64,000 bases of DNA from an uncultured Desulfarculus sp. (GTDB lineage Bacteria > Desulfobacterota > Desulfarculia > Desulfarculales > Desulfarculaceae): the NCBI GenBank assembly GCA_963665125.2, contig CAXXUK010000002.1, positions 1,120,001 through 1,184,000 of the forward strand, read 5' to 3'. Position 1 is the stretch's first letter. Each line of letters opens with the position of its first letter. Below, one piece after another: positions 50,257-59,724 of this stretch. Below the pieces are notes generated by a model, which was not told the origin of the DNA, searched no databases, and saw only the letters and a program-made list of their open reading frames with translations. A program made the translations under genes and the position numbers.

Positions 50257-51296
50257 AGTCGCAGGCTCCTCCAGATTCCGGCCTGGATATCAGCACGCCG
50301 GAACAGGTAGTGAAACTTGTTCCATTCGCCCTGTGGGACATGGCCGCCCTGGTTTTCAATCAGGGCCAGTACACAGAGAGAACGGAGGTTTAAGCTCTTA
50401 ATAACTGGGACCCAATCTTCGGAATTGATGCTGCGCGTAGTCGTCGCGGAGTTGAAATAGCCCCTCAGAAGGGCCGAGCCCAATTGAATCATAACCTGAT
50501 CCGGTAGTGGATGGACCATGACCAAACGTTCAAGAGCATAGGCCAGTTCAAATTCCAAGGGAAGAAAACTGTGGTGAACATCTTCAAAATCGATGACCAT
50601 CAAACCACGGTTTGTCATCAGAAAATTGGTAAGGTTGGCGTCACCGTGAAGGGGTTGTCGCGGCAAATCCAATCTTTCGAAGTCAAGCGTACTGTCTTCA
50701 GCGATTTCGCGTACATCCCGGTTTTTGACCTTACATGTCCAGTCTCCATTGGCCAGCGCAGTACGCACACGGGAAAGACAAAAAATTCGTTGCTGGGTTT
50801 CCTTCTTCCAATGAATACGGTCGGGGTGCCTTTGCAAGGCGTTGTGGAACTTGGCCAGAAGCCGACCAAGTGCGAATAAATCTTCGGGATCGGGACGAAG
50901 GAAACGGTGGATATGATAGCGAACCGCCCACAGGACGCCCTGGTCCCAAACATGTTTCACTGCCCCTACTCGCCGTGGTTCAAACGCTGGCTCGGGAGTC
51001 AATATATCCTGTTTGATGAGCCATTGGATCAAGCAATAAGATTTGGCGGATTCATGATACCGTTCCGGGTGAAGCCACTTGACCAACCAACCGTTTGAAT
51101 CATCATATCCGCGTACCCTATACATATCCAGAAATCGTTCGCCCAGGTAAAGGCGCTCCGCTAAATCCACCACGATATCTGGTGAAAAAAAACGTTCAAG
51201 AGCCTGCTTCTCCGCGCCGAAGGCTGGTTTGAATTCGGCATGGGGCAGCTCAGTTATGGCAACCCAGGCGGGTTCCCTATTTTTTTGCTTCCACAT
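50253..51296 (-). CDS. APH/choline-kinase-fold phosphotransferase
   Basis: LVK, LAKFH, Brenner motif LHGDANLTN and VIDFED. Confidence 0.85.
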   Translation of the reverse strand: MWKQKNREPAWVAITELPHAEFKPAFGAEKQALERFFSPDIVVDLAERLYLGERFLDMYRVRGYDDSNGWLVKWLHPERYHESAKSYCLIQWLIKQDILTPEPAFEPRRVGAVKHVWDQGVLWAVRYHIHRFLRPDPEDLFALGRLLAKFHNALQRHPDRIHWKKETQQRIFCLSRVRTALANGDWTCKVKNRDVREIAEDSTLDFERLDLPRQPLHGDANLTNFLMTNRGLMVIDFEDVHHSFLPLEFELAYALERLVMVHPLPDQVMIQLGSALLRGYFNSATTTRSINSEDWVPVIKSLNLRSLCVLALIENQGGHVPQGEWNKFHYLFRRADIQAGIWRSLRL

Positions 51297-52371
51297 GGTA
51301 CCATTGAATGGGGTCGCCAGCGGGTACGGATTCTTTCAGATTCCAATTTGCGACTATAGGCCAATGCTCGACCGGTATACCCAAACAGGGCCACGCGAAA
51401 CGAACCGTTTCGAAGGAGAGGCCCATGCCTGGCGTCAGGTCTTTTTTCGCCACCAGGCACTGACGTTGCGATGAACTCAGGATGCCCTTTATCCGCTGAG
51501 CAGGGTTCCGGCGCTTACTGCCCAGGGCCAGCCAACAATCCATGGTCTTTCGTAAAACTTCCGGAAGATCGTCGATATGCATGGAGTACGAAATGTCCTG
51601 ATCGAGTTCGTCCGGGTCAAAGTAAAGCCCTTTTTCGAGGACCGTTGCGCCCAGAGCTATGGACATATAAAGCATCTCTATCCCGACGTAATGGTCGGAC
51701 AGGCCCGTGGGAAGGCCGAAACAGTCTTCGTAAGTCTGCAGAATACGCAGGTTGTGAGCTTCCGGCAACGCCGGGTGCCCGTCCGGGCTGTGTTGAACGA
51801 TGATTTTCGACGCCCCATGACTTTGAGCGGCCTCAACCGCTCTTGCCACCTCCCGCAATGTTGCCCGACCTGTGTCAATAACCATGGGCAAACCCTTGGC
51901 CGCCACGTGCTGAATCAGCGGCACATGAACAAGATTCGATGATGCGATTTTCAAGGCGGCGGCCCCTTGGGATTCAGCAAAGTCCGCCGCCTTGAAGTCG
52001 TAGACAGAAACGACCGTGGGGATGTTAACATCACGACAGTACGCGAACAGTGGCTCGTAATCCTTTAGCGGCATAGCCTTGCGTTCGATCAGGCCACGGT
52101 AGTTCTCCTGCCTAATCTCACCTTTTTTGTTTTGGTACGTTTCCGTCTGATCGCTGGGCAGGCATATTTCAGGGTCATCGAGAATCTCGGTTTTGAGAAC
52201 AACCGGCACATCCGGGTTGGCATCCCTTGCTGCGACGATTTTTTCGAAGAGGTTGCGCGCTAGGAGAGGATCGCCATTAAAATAGCTGCCTACTTCAGCA
52301 AAAAAAATGGGTGGAGCCTTTTTTGAAACCGTATATCCGCCTAGCTTGAACTCCATAATATCATTCTCCAT
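51277..52371 (-). CDS. Divergent NeuB-family synthase with SAF domain
   Basis: FAEVG..FNGD, LKIASS, GLSDH, ALGATVLEK and LVAKKDL; several conserved residues replaced. Confidence 0.8.
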   Translation of the reverse strand: MENDIMEFKLGGYTVSKKAPPIFFAEVGSYFNGDPLLARNLFEKIVAARDANPDVPVVLKTEILDDPEICLPSDQTETYQNKKGEIRQENYRGLIERKAMPLKDYEPLFAYCRDVNIPTVVSVYDFKAADFAESQGAAALKIASSNLVHVPLIQHVAAKGLPMVIDTGRATLREVARAVEAAQSHGASKIIVQHSPDGHPALPEAHNLRILQTYEDCFGLPTGLSDHYVGIEMLYMSIALGATVLEKGLYFDPDELDQDISYSMHIDDLPEVLRKTMDCWLALGSKRRNPAQRIKGILSSSQRQCLVAKKDLTPGMGLSFETVRFAWPCLGIPVEHWPIVANWNLKESVPAGDPIQWYHVEAKK

Positions 52372-52381
52372 GGGGCGCGTC

Positions 52382-53689
52382 TCAACTTGAAAAACACTGC
52401 TTGCGCAATTTCCATTCAGATCCGGTCCACATCCAGAGGTGAGGGGAGCGGTACTGATCGATTAGCAACTGGAAGTATTCAGAATCGACAACAGGTTGTT
52501 CGAACTGAAGGGAAGCTATTTCAAACTCATGCTTAGGTATCGAAATGTACTGAAAAAACTCCTCGTTGAAACGCTCAGGATACTCACCGTCGTATCGCCT
52601 CACCAGGGCCTGCCCTTCCTCCCTGGTGATGTCGGTATTTCGAATCTCTTGAGCCGTATCATATGTTGCGCGCCCTATACCAAACTTGATGAACGTAGTA
52701 TAGTAATGATAGTCATCAATCTTGTCATCAATTGAACTGTACTTAGAATAGGTTCCCACATTCCGCTCGGGAGCCGCTCGAAACCCACCATAATCCACCG
52801 CATAATAATAGCACTTCTGCGGGTGCCATTTTTTGTAGTACCCAAGGTAACGGATATCAATATGGTTCGCCTTCAGCAATTCAGGCTTGGGCGGCATATA
52901 GGCCTGAAGGTCCACATCGGAAAGACCGAAATCACTCTTTAATTCGGCAATGGTTGTGCCGGCAAGGTATATCTCCGATGGATCGGCAGTGCTGATATAG
53001 TCCCAATTTTTTTCACCATCATTTCGCGTTTTCGAAGCGTTTCCATATTCCGTGGGATTTTCCCCATAAAACACCAACGGTATGCCAAGTTGGGCAGCCA
53101 TTTGAGGGGGGAAATACATCTGCCCCATCATGAATGGCTGGAAGGGGTGAAGCAGTTTTTCTAGTGCAAGGCGGGTCATTAGCCTGTGAACGCGTCCGTT
53201 GGGTGTAAACAGATAGTTCGCAAAGCCGGCGTTTGTCCAAGCTTCGAAATTTCGCCAACCCCAATCTGTATAAATATGAGGAGCCCAGGTTATCGTCAAC
53301 GGGTTCATGTTAAATTCGTGTTTTAAAACCCATGAGGTATAAAAACTATCTTTGCCGCCTGAACCTGGGACGATTACATCATATGAACCATCATTTTTCC
53401 TGTAACGATCGCACAGATCGGCAAGCTCACGGCGCCTCTCCTCCCAATCTACGGCCTCTTTTTTTTCAGCCACCCGGCAGGCGAAACAGACGCCTTCATC
53501 ATCAAACATAACGGTCTCTTTTCGCGTACCCTTGCTATGTTTGAACTCCTGTGCCGAATTCGGTTTCTGGTTGGAGTATGTACAACGGCTGCAGAACTTA
53601 ATTTCCTGGGGAAGGCCGTAATACACGGGCAGGTCTCCCCCTTCGATGGGATATAGAGCCTTATCAACGGGTTTGGGACGGTATAGCAT
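52382..53689 (-). CDS. wbuX: N-acetyl-sugar amidotransferase (WbuX/WbpG/PseA family)
   Basis: CSRC..C..C, PP-loop SGGKDS, FYGEN, SSIDDK and KFGIGRAT. Confidence 0.9.
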   Translation of the reverse strand: MLYRPKPVDKALYPIEGGDLPVYYGLPQEIKFCSRCTYSNQKPNSAQEFKHSKGTRKETVMFDDEGVCFACRVAEKKEAVDWEERRRELADLCDRYRKNDGSYDVIVPGSGGKDSFYTSWVLKHEFNMNPLTITWAPHIYTDWGWRNFEAWTNAGFANYLFTPNGRVHRLMTRLALEKLLHPFQPFMMGQMYFPPQMAAQLGIPLVFYGENPTEYGNASKTRNDGEKNWDYISTADPSEIYLAGTTIAELKSDFGLSDVDLQAYMPPKPELLKANHIDIRYLGYYKKWHPQKCYYYAVDYGGFRAAPERNVGTYSKYSSIDDKIDDYHYYTTFIKFGIGRATYDTAQEIRNTDITREEGQALVRRYDGEYPERFNEEFFQYISIPKHEFEIASLQFEQPVVDSEYFQLLIDQYRSPHLWMWTGSEWKLRKQCFSS

Positions 53690-54054
53690 GATAAATTACC
53701 GAATGATTATAGACTGCTAGTAATGGGAATGAATAGTGATATTGGGCAGGTAGGCAACACGCATCTTCCCAACCTGGCAACATTGGTTTTGATGGTGTAT
53801 GCCTCAGTATCCTATGCATTTCATTTTACGGGATCGCTTTGAACATACATGTGAGCGCATTTTCTTCAGCTTGTTGCAGGAATTAGTGAGCAACTCACTT
53901 AACTCACATTTCCCTTTCATGTCGAGACTCCTACCGGCTTGCCACGAGAAGCCTCAATAAAAGGATTGCTGGACTATTTCAAATTCACTATACTCCATTT
54001 TCAACCATCAAGCAATTTTCACCGCTATAAAGGTGATGTATCATATATTGTATC

Positions 54055-54132
54055 AGCGGTTGTCTCCGGAAATCGGGCAGTTGTGATAGGCGGATTTGGT
54101 CTTGAAGCAATTGGAGGAACCGATGGGCAAGC
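54055..54132 (+). mobile_element. Left-end fragment of an IS 'A'-like element
   Basis: AGCGGTTGTCTCCGGAAATCGGGCAG...GATGGGCAAG, cut just after the orfA ATG. Confidence 0.8.
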
Positions 54133-54944
54133 TGATCCAGCCCAGTTTTGACGAGCACCGGAATAAGCGAGTAAATTGCTTAACGGAGGTGTTCGATGCC
54201 ATCACAGAAGAGCCGGAAGAAACCCACCAGGCGGCACTATTCGCCGGAATTCAAGAACGAAGCTCTGGGCTTGGCTGAGCAGGTTGGCGCTGTTGGTGCG
54301 GCCAAGCAACTTGGTCTGCATTAGTCCCAGCTTTACGCTTGGCGCAAGAAGGCCCGCTATGAGGCCAGCCGCAGTGAGACCGAAAAGGAATTGGAAATCG
54401 AAAACGCCATGCTGAAGCGTCAGCTTGCCCAGCAGGCCGAGGAGATTGCAATCTTAAAAAAGGAAAGCGCGTACTTCGCGAAAAGCATGAAGTGGAGTAC
54501 GCGTTCATGCAGCAAAACGCAGGCACATACAGCATTACGGCACAGCGTTTTGCCTTTGGCGTGTCACGTGGCGGGTATTATGGCCGGCGGCGCAGGCTGC
54601 AAAACCCCAGTCAAAGGCAGATGGAGCGTGAGAGACTCGATCAACTGGCGAAAGAGACCTTTGACATTCGCAGGGGCCGTAGAGGAGCCGTGGGGCTGAT
54701 CTTCGACCTTAAGGGTCAGAGCCGTAAATACAACCGCAAAACCATGGCCAAAAGCATGAATAAGCAGGGCTTGGTGGCAAAAGTGGCCAGGAAGTTCAAG
54801 GCCACCACTGATTCGGACCACGGTAGGCCGGTGGCTCCAAATTTGTTGGCCCAGGACGTTAGCGCAACCGCTCCAAATCAGAAGTGGGTCTGCGATATCA
54901 CCTACCTTTGGAACGGCGAGGGCTGGTTGTACCTGGCGGTTTGA
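54133..54944 (+). mobile_element. Truncated, inactivated IS3-subgroup element
   Basis: IRL TGATCCAGCCC; orfA from 54196 with TAG at 54322; orfB ends at WVCDITYL..GWLYLAV. Confidence 0.85.
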
Positions 54945-54947
54945 ACC

Positions 54948-55322
54948 TGTAAATTTCTTTTATTTAGTGCTATTGAAAAGCAGAGATTTCCGGGTCGTTT
55001 TGAGCGAGGTGTTCTGATGGCGTCAGGTTGCCGAGGGACTCGTGGGGATGCAGCAGTTTCTCTCAAGTTCCTTAGCCACCAGGCCTGGGTGGCCTGCAAC
55101 CCTCCATATTCCTTGTGCCAACGATAATCGGTATGCTCGGTGATCCCAAGCGCGCGAGCTACTTGCCCGACATTCTGCCCATTGGCCAATAAAATCTCAG
55201 CTTCCCGAAGCTTGATGATGATCTGCTCCGCCATGAAGCGCTTCGATGCCCATTGCTGCCTCCCTAATCCTCGGTCCATTCCTAATAAACAACAAATGGA
55301 TCCGTTTTTGGCGGGCAGGTCA
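54948..55322 (-). mobile_element. Internally deleted IS407-like (IS3 family) remnant
   Basis: Minus strand: TGACCTGCCCGCC, orfA EQIIIKLREAE..YRWHKEYGG, then PHESLGNLTP and a ..TTTACA end. Confidence 0.75.
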
Positions 55323-56651
55323 AATATACTCGGTTAAAATCATGGATAATTTCCGGCTTTGGCCGGCGCATGAATATTCCAGGACCTTTTGCCAACGATC
55401 CTGGGGATATAGATATGACTTTCCGTCTCTCGCCATCTCCAATGCCTGCATGAGATGAAGCTTGCAGTCATCCACATTATATAGATCAGCGGCGGCGTCC
55501 GTACGCCTGCAGATTTTGGTTAACGCCCCGGGACCGGCCAAAGATACCCACACCTTGCGGCGAGCGGCCAGGTATTCAAAAAATTTTGACGAAGTTACGC
55601 CCTCATGCCCCGGTCCGAACCATATGCTTGCGTATAAAATATCAGCCTCTTTTTGTAGTCTTAGGCTTTCGTTGAGGCTAACCGGCGGAAACACCTTATA
55701 CATTGCGCTTAAGTCAGGGTAGGTGTTCGCAAGCCACTTTTCTAAAAAATCATGATTGGGGCAATAAAATTCCACTAAGACTTCCCCATCAACAACATCA
55801 CCCCGTTGCCGCAACTCCGCGATGGCGTCCATGAGCATGTCGGGCATACGCAAATCAGGATAAACCCTGCCGGTAAAGAGTATTCGCAACGGTATTTTTA
55901 GATCGATCCACTCACCTTCCAGCGGAACGGGCGTCTCATTGGTCTCCAATGGAAAACAGTTTGTTACCACGCTGGCCGGTTTGTTGTGCACCCGGCCCAA
56001 GTGGCTGGCCATCGGCTCGGAGATGGACACGATGGCTGATGCCCCGGACATCACCTTGCGTTCCATTGTTTTTTCAAACTGGTACAGAATGCCTGTTTTC
56101 GTGGAAAAATGATTATCAGCCCAATAGTCGCCGAAATATGCCACCCATGGAATCCGTAGCATGCGGGCCAAAATTGCTGCCATCATATGCGATTCCGGCG
56201 GGTTTGACCTGCTTAAGATGATGTTCGGGCTGAATCGCTTGGCCCATTGGGCAGCTTGGCCCGCCCAGGCCAGCCACCAGGCGCGAAGTGGCAAAGGCAA
56301 TTTGTGGCTGGCGGCGGCGGCAAAACGTACGAATGAATTCCCACTGTCGCTGGCCGATTTGGTGAAGGTCTGGCCAGGCCTGGATAACCGGCCTGGCTTT
56401 TTAATCAACATATACTCAATGCCATCAGGGAGGTCCATGCGGTCGGGGCGATCCATTGTCGAAAGCAGACCCAAATGCCAACCAATGTCCCTGAGACCGC
56501 ACATCAGCCGTCTATTATTTATGCTGGCCGGCCTTGACGCACCTGGGGGATGATAAGCGACAAACAAGCATTTGCTTCCCTGTACCCCGCTGCTAACACT
56601 GTCCATATCTAAAGATGCTTTTACTGCCTGATGCGCGAAATCAAAGCTCAT
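55320..56651 (-). CDS. GT4 glycosyltransferase
   Basis: YHPP, PP.SH, YFGDYW, VTN, FTG and KFFEYLAA. Confidence 0.8.
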   Translation of the reverse strand: MSFDFAHQAVKASLDMDSVSSGVQGSKCLFVAYHPPGASRPASINNRRLMCGLRDIGWHLGLLSTMDRPDRMDLPDGIEYMLIKKPGRLSRPGQTFTKSASDSGNSFVRFAAAASHKLPLPLRAWWLAWAGQAAQWAKRFSPNIILSRSNPPESHMMAAILARMLRIPWVAYFGDYWADNHFSTKTGILYQFEKTMERKVMSGASAIVSISEPMASHLGRVHNKPASVVTNCFPLETNETPVPLEGEWIDLKIPLRILFTGRVYPDLRMPDMLMDAIAELRQRGDVVDGEVLVEFYCPNHDFLEKWLANTYPDLSAMYKVFPPVSLNESLRLQKEADILYASIWFGPGHEGVTSSKFFEYLAARRKVWVSLAGPGALTKICRRTDAAADLYNVDDCKLHLMQALEMARDGKSYLYPQDRWQKVLEYSCAGQSRKLSMILTEYI

Positions 56652-56887
56652 GCAATCTTGCCACCCGATCGCCAGTAATTACTGACAACAATAATGGTTA
56701 TACCAATTGGCTGGTTTCGGAGAGCCCACTGTCTGGTATTTTTTTCTAGTGAACAGGACCTCAGCGGAAAGCCTGCTATTCAGTATGGATTATGCGTCCT
56801 TGTTTTCTGGAGTTGTATAACTCTGTGGCCAGAGTCGTTTCAACACCGCCACAATTATACTCAGCTTTAGTGTAAATATCCATAAGT

Positions 56888-58104
56888 TGACCTCTCCCTG
56901 GAAAATGGTACCAGTGTAAATTAGAGGAATGCGGCATAATACACACGCATGTATGGAGGTATTTTGCCGTGAAGAAGACCAAGTTTACAGATGAGCAGAT
57001 AGCGTTTGCGTTGCGCCAGGCCGAGACTGGCACCAGGGTGGCCGAGGTCTGCCGCAAGATGGGGATCAGCGAAGCCACGTTTTACAATTGGAAGAAGAAG
57101 TATGGCGGCTTGGGCGTGGCCGAGGTTCGGCGCTTGAAGCAATTGGAAGAGGAAAACAGACGTCTTAAGCGCATGGTGGCCGACCTGAGCCTGGACAAGC
57201 AGATGCTTCAGGACGTGCTGTCAAAAAAGCTCTGAGGCCGGCCCAGAAGCGCAAGTTGGTGGATGTGTTGGGTCAGGCCTACCAGGTGGGAGTACGCCGG
57301 GCATGTGCGGTGCTTGGGCTCAGCCGTACCAGCTACTACTATCGTTCGATCAGGATCGATGATTTTGCATTGCGCAAGCGGATCAGGGAGATCGCCGAGA
57401 CCAGGATCAGATATGGCTATCAACGCATCCACGTGCTCTTGCGCCGCGAGGGCTGGCCAGTGAATCATAAACGGGTCTACCGTATCTACTGCGAGGAAGG
57501 CCTGAATTTCAGAAGCAAGCGCCCCAAGAGGCGCAGGTCTGCGGCTCATCGTAAAAAGCAGCCGCAAGCTACAAGGATCGACCAGGTTTGGTCCATGGAT
57601 TTTGTGGCGGACAATCTGTTTAACGGGCGCCGAATTCGGGCCTTAACTGTGGTGGATATTTTTCGCTGGCAAAGCCCGGCAATCCATATGGATCATTCCA
57701 TCAAGGCCGAGCAGGTGGTGTCCACCATGGATGCGTTGCGGCTGTTTGCCGGGCGCATGCCCGAACGCATTCAGGTGGACAACGGCCCGGAATTCATCTC
57801 CAAAGCTTTGGATAAGCGGGCCTATGAAAACGGTGTAACCTTTGATTTATCCAGGCCGGGAAAACCCATGGATAACGCCTTTATTGAGTCCTTCAATGGA
57901 AGCTTCCTGAATGAGTTCCTGAATGTGCATTGTTTTTTATCGGTTGCCGATGCCCGCAAGAAGATCGAACAATGGCGCTGGGATTGTAATCGTTTCAGGC
58001 CTTATTCCTCCCTGTGGAACAAGCCCCCGGATCAGTTTATGGAGGAGGCCTTAGAAAGCCGGATTTCTCTACAGTTGCCCGGTACCGCCAAGGGGTGAGG
58101 CTCA
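56888..58104 (+). mobile_element. IS407-like IS3-family element (orfA 56969-57235, orfB to 58098)
   Basis: IRL TGACCTCTCCC; AAAAAAG frameshift motif at the orfA end; WSMDF, VDNGPEF and IESFNG; imperfect IRR. Confidence 0.9.
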
Positions 58105-58300
58105 CATTCAATTCTATCCGGGCAGGCGGTGGCTGGCATAACGGGGTGCAAAGCCAGGCATAGAAGGCAAAGTGCGGCAACGTGAATACCCCTACGAATG
58201 CGACTCTCCGAGAAAAAATGGTGTCATAAATACTCTGTTTGACACTTCTTGTATTGCCGGCAGCACATAGTCGATTGCGATGTTTGCTTGGGAAATATAG

Positions 58301-58335
58301 AGGCGCCGCCAGTATATGAAAAGCTGACGGCGCCT
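58301..58335 (-). terminator. Hairpin terminator after the MCP
   Basis: Minus strand AGGCGCCGTCAG-N11-CTGGCGGCGCCT followed by a pyrimidine-rich run. Confidence 0.55.
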
Positions 58336-58357
58336 AGGCAGAGGCTTACAATGGGGC

Positions 58358-59632
58358 TTAATGTCTGGTGGTGTTGTCTTGAACCACCTGGTCCACCTCT
58401 GAAATGGCCTGGTTGATGTCGGCAATGCCATGGGCCTGCTGGTTGGAGGCCACGGCGATTTCATCGAGCATTCTGCCAACGTCGGAGACGGTTTTGGCGA
58501 CCTCGCCGAAGGCCTCGTTGGCCCTGGTCACCAATTCGCCGCCAACTTTGATCTTGCGGACAGTGCCTTCCAGGAGGCCGGAAGTGTTCTTGGCCGCTTC
58601 TGTTGAGCGCATGGCCAGGTTTCGCACTTCCTCGGCAACCACGGCAAAACCCACCCCGGCCTCACCGGCCCTGGCCGCCTCCACCGCCGCGTTGAGGGCC
58701 AGCAGGTTGGTTTGGAAAGCGATCTCGTCGATGGTCTTGATGATTTTTACGGTTTCATCGCTGGCCCTGCTGATTTCATCCATGGACTCGTTGAGTTCGG
58801 TCATGGAGTCGTTGGCCCTCTGAACCATATCACCCGACTGCTTCATCAGGCCGTCGGCCTTTTCTGCATTGTCCGCGTTTTGCCTGGTCATGGAGGCCAT
58901 GTCCTTGAGGGTTTCGGTGGCCAAACGGTTGGTGGTTTGGCCCACCTGGGCGAATATGTTTTCCAGGTTATCGGCCAGGGCCGTGAGCTTTTGGGCCGAC
59001 TCCTCCTGTTCCTTGCGGGCCCGGCTCTGGGCCTCCAGGGCCTCGCCCTGCATGGCGAACGCAAACTTGAAACCTCGGATATTGAAAAACATCGTGGTTA
59101 TCAGGGCCGCCAACGGGCCGAGGATGTTCGCCGTCTGGGCCGTGGCAAGTTGGGCCTCGGTGAGCGGCACCATGGGCAGGGGGATGCCCAGCTTTTTGAT
59201 CACCACAAAACCGGCCATCTCCAAAACCATCAGGGTTGACCACACCGCGAAACTGCGCATGCCCAGGAAGGTGGCCACGAATGCCGGTAGGATCAGGTTC
59301 CAGGTGAGGGCCGAGGAGTCGATTCCGCCGGTGACGTATGGGAGATAGGTAAAATGGCAGGCCAAGGCCACGAAAATGAGGTTGCCCATCACCTGCAAAG
59401 ACTTGGTCAGACGCAAAATGACCGGCATAACGGTTACTACCGTACCGGCTATCGTCATGGACCAGGCCAGGGGAGGATAGCCCAGCTTGAACCACTTGAC
59501 GATGTTGTAGATAAAAAACAGCGGTCCGAAGATGGAAAAGGTGACAAGCTGCCGTGAGCGGCGGTACAAGTCGGGGTCATCCTTATAAGATTCTGGAATA
59601 GCCCATTCGATGTAATGCTTGAAAATATTCAT
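58358..59632 (-). CDS. Methyl-accepting chemotaxis protein with a multi-TM sensor
   Basis: IDEIAFQTNLLALNAAVEAARAGEAGVGFAVVAEEVRNLA; about six TMs; start probably at 59632 or 59647. Confidence 0.92.
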   Translation of the reverse strand: MNIFKHYIEWAIPESYKDDPDLYRRSRQLVTFSIFGPLFFIYNIVKWFKLGYPPLAWSMTIAGTVVTVMPVILRLTKSLQVMGNLIFVALACHFTYLPYVTGGIDSSALTWNLILPAFVATFLGMRSFAVWSTLMVLEMAGFVVIKKLGIPLPMVPLTEAQLATAQTANILGPLAALITTMFFNIRGFKFAFAMQGEALEAQSRARKEQEESAQKLTALADNLENIFAQVGQTTNRLATETLKDMASMTRQNADNAEKADGLMKQSGDMVQRANDSMTELNESMDEISRASDETVKIIKTIDEIAFQTNLLALNAAVEAARAGEAGVGFAVVAEEVRNLAMRSTEAAKNTSGLLEGTVRKIKVGGELVTRANEAFGEVAKTVSDVGRMLDEIAVASNQQAHGIADINQAISEVDQVVQDNTTRH

Positions 59633-59724
59633 GAAAATCCTTTCCATCCGTGTCTTGGTAAACAGGCCGACCACGAAATGATAAGGAATCAGCTTGGCGC
59701 AAGTCAACAATCTGATTTTGGGAT

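Noticed and set aside
54322..54324. In-frame TAG in the IS3 orfA as possible pyrrolysine or readthrough
   Set aside because: The homologous remnant near 5443 has Glu here and the element is truncated, so this is an ordinary nonsense mutation.
58110..58200. c-di-GMP-I riboswitch-like GGGGTGCAAAGCC
   Set aside because: No GGCAAAC..GAAA P2 stem in the correct order and no downstream gene on that strand.
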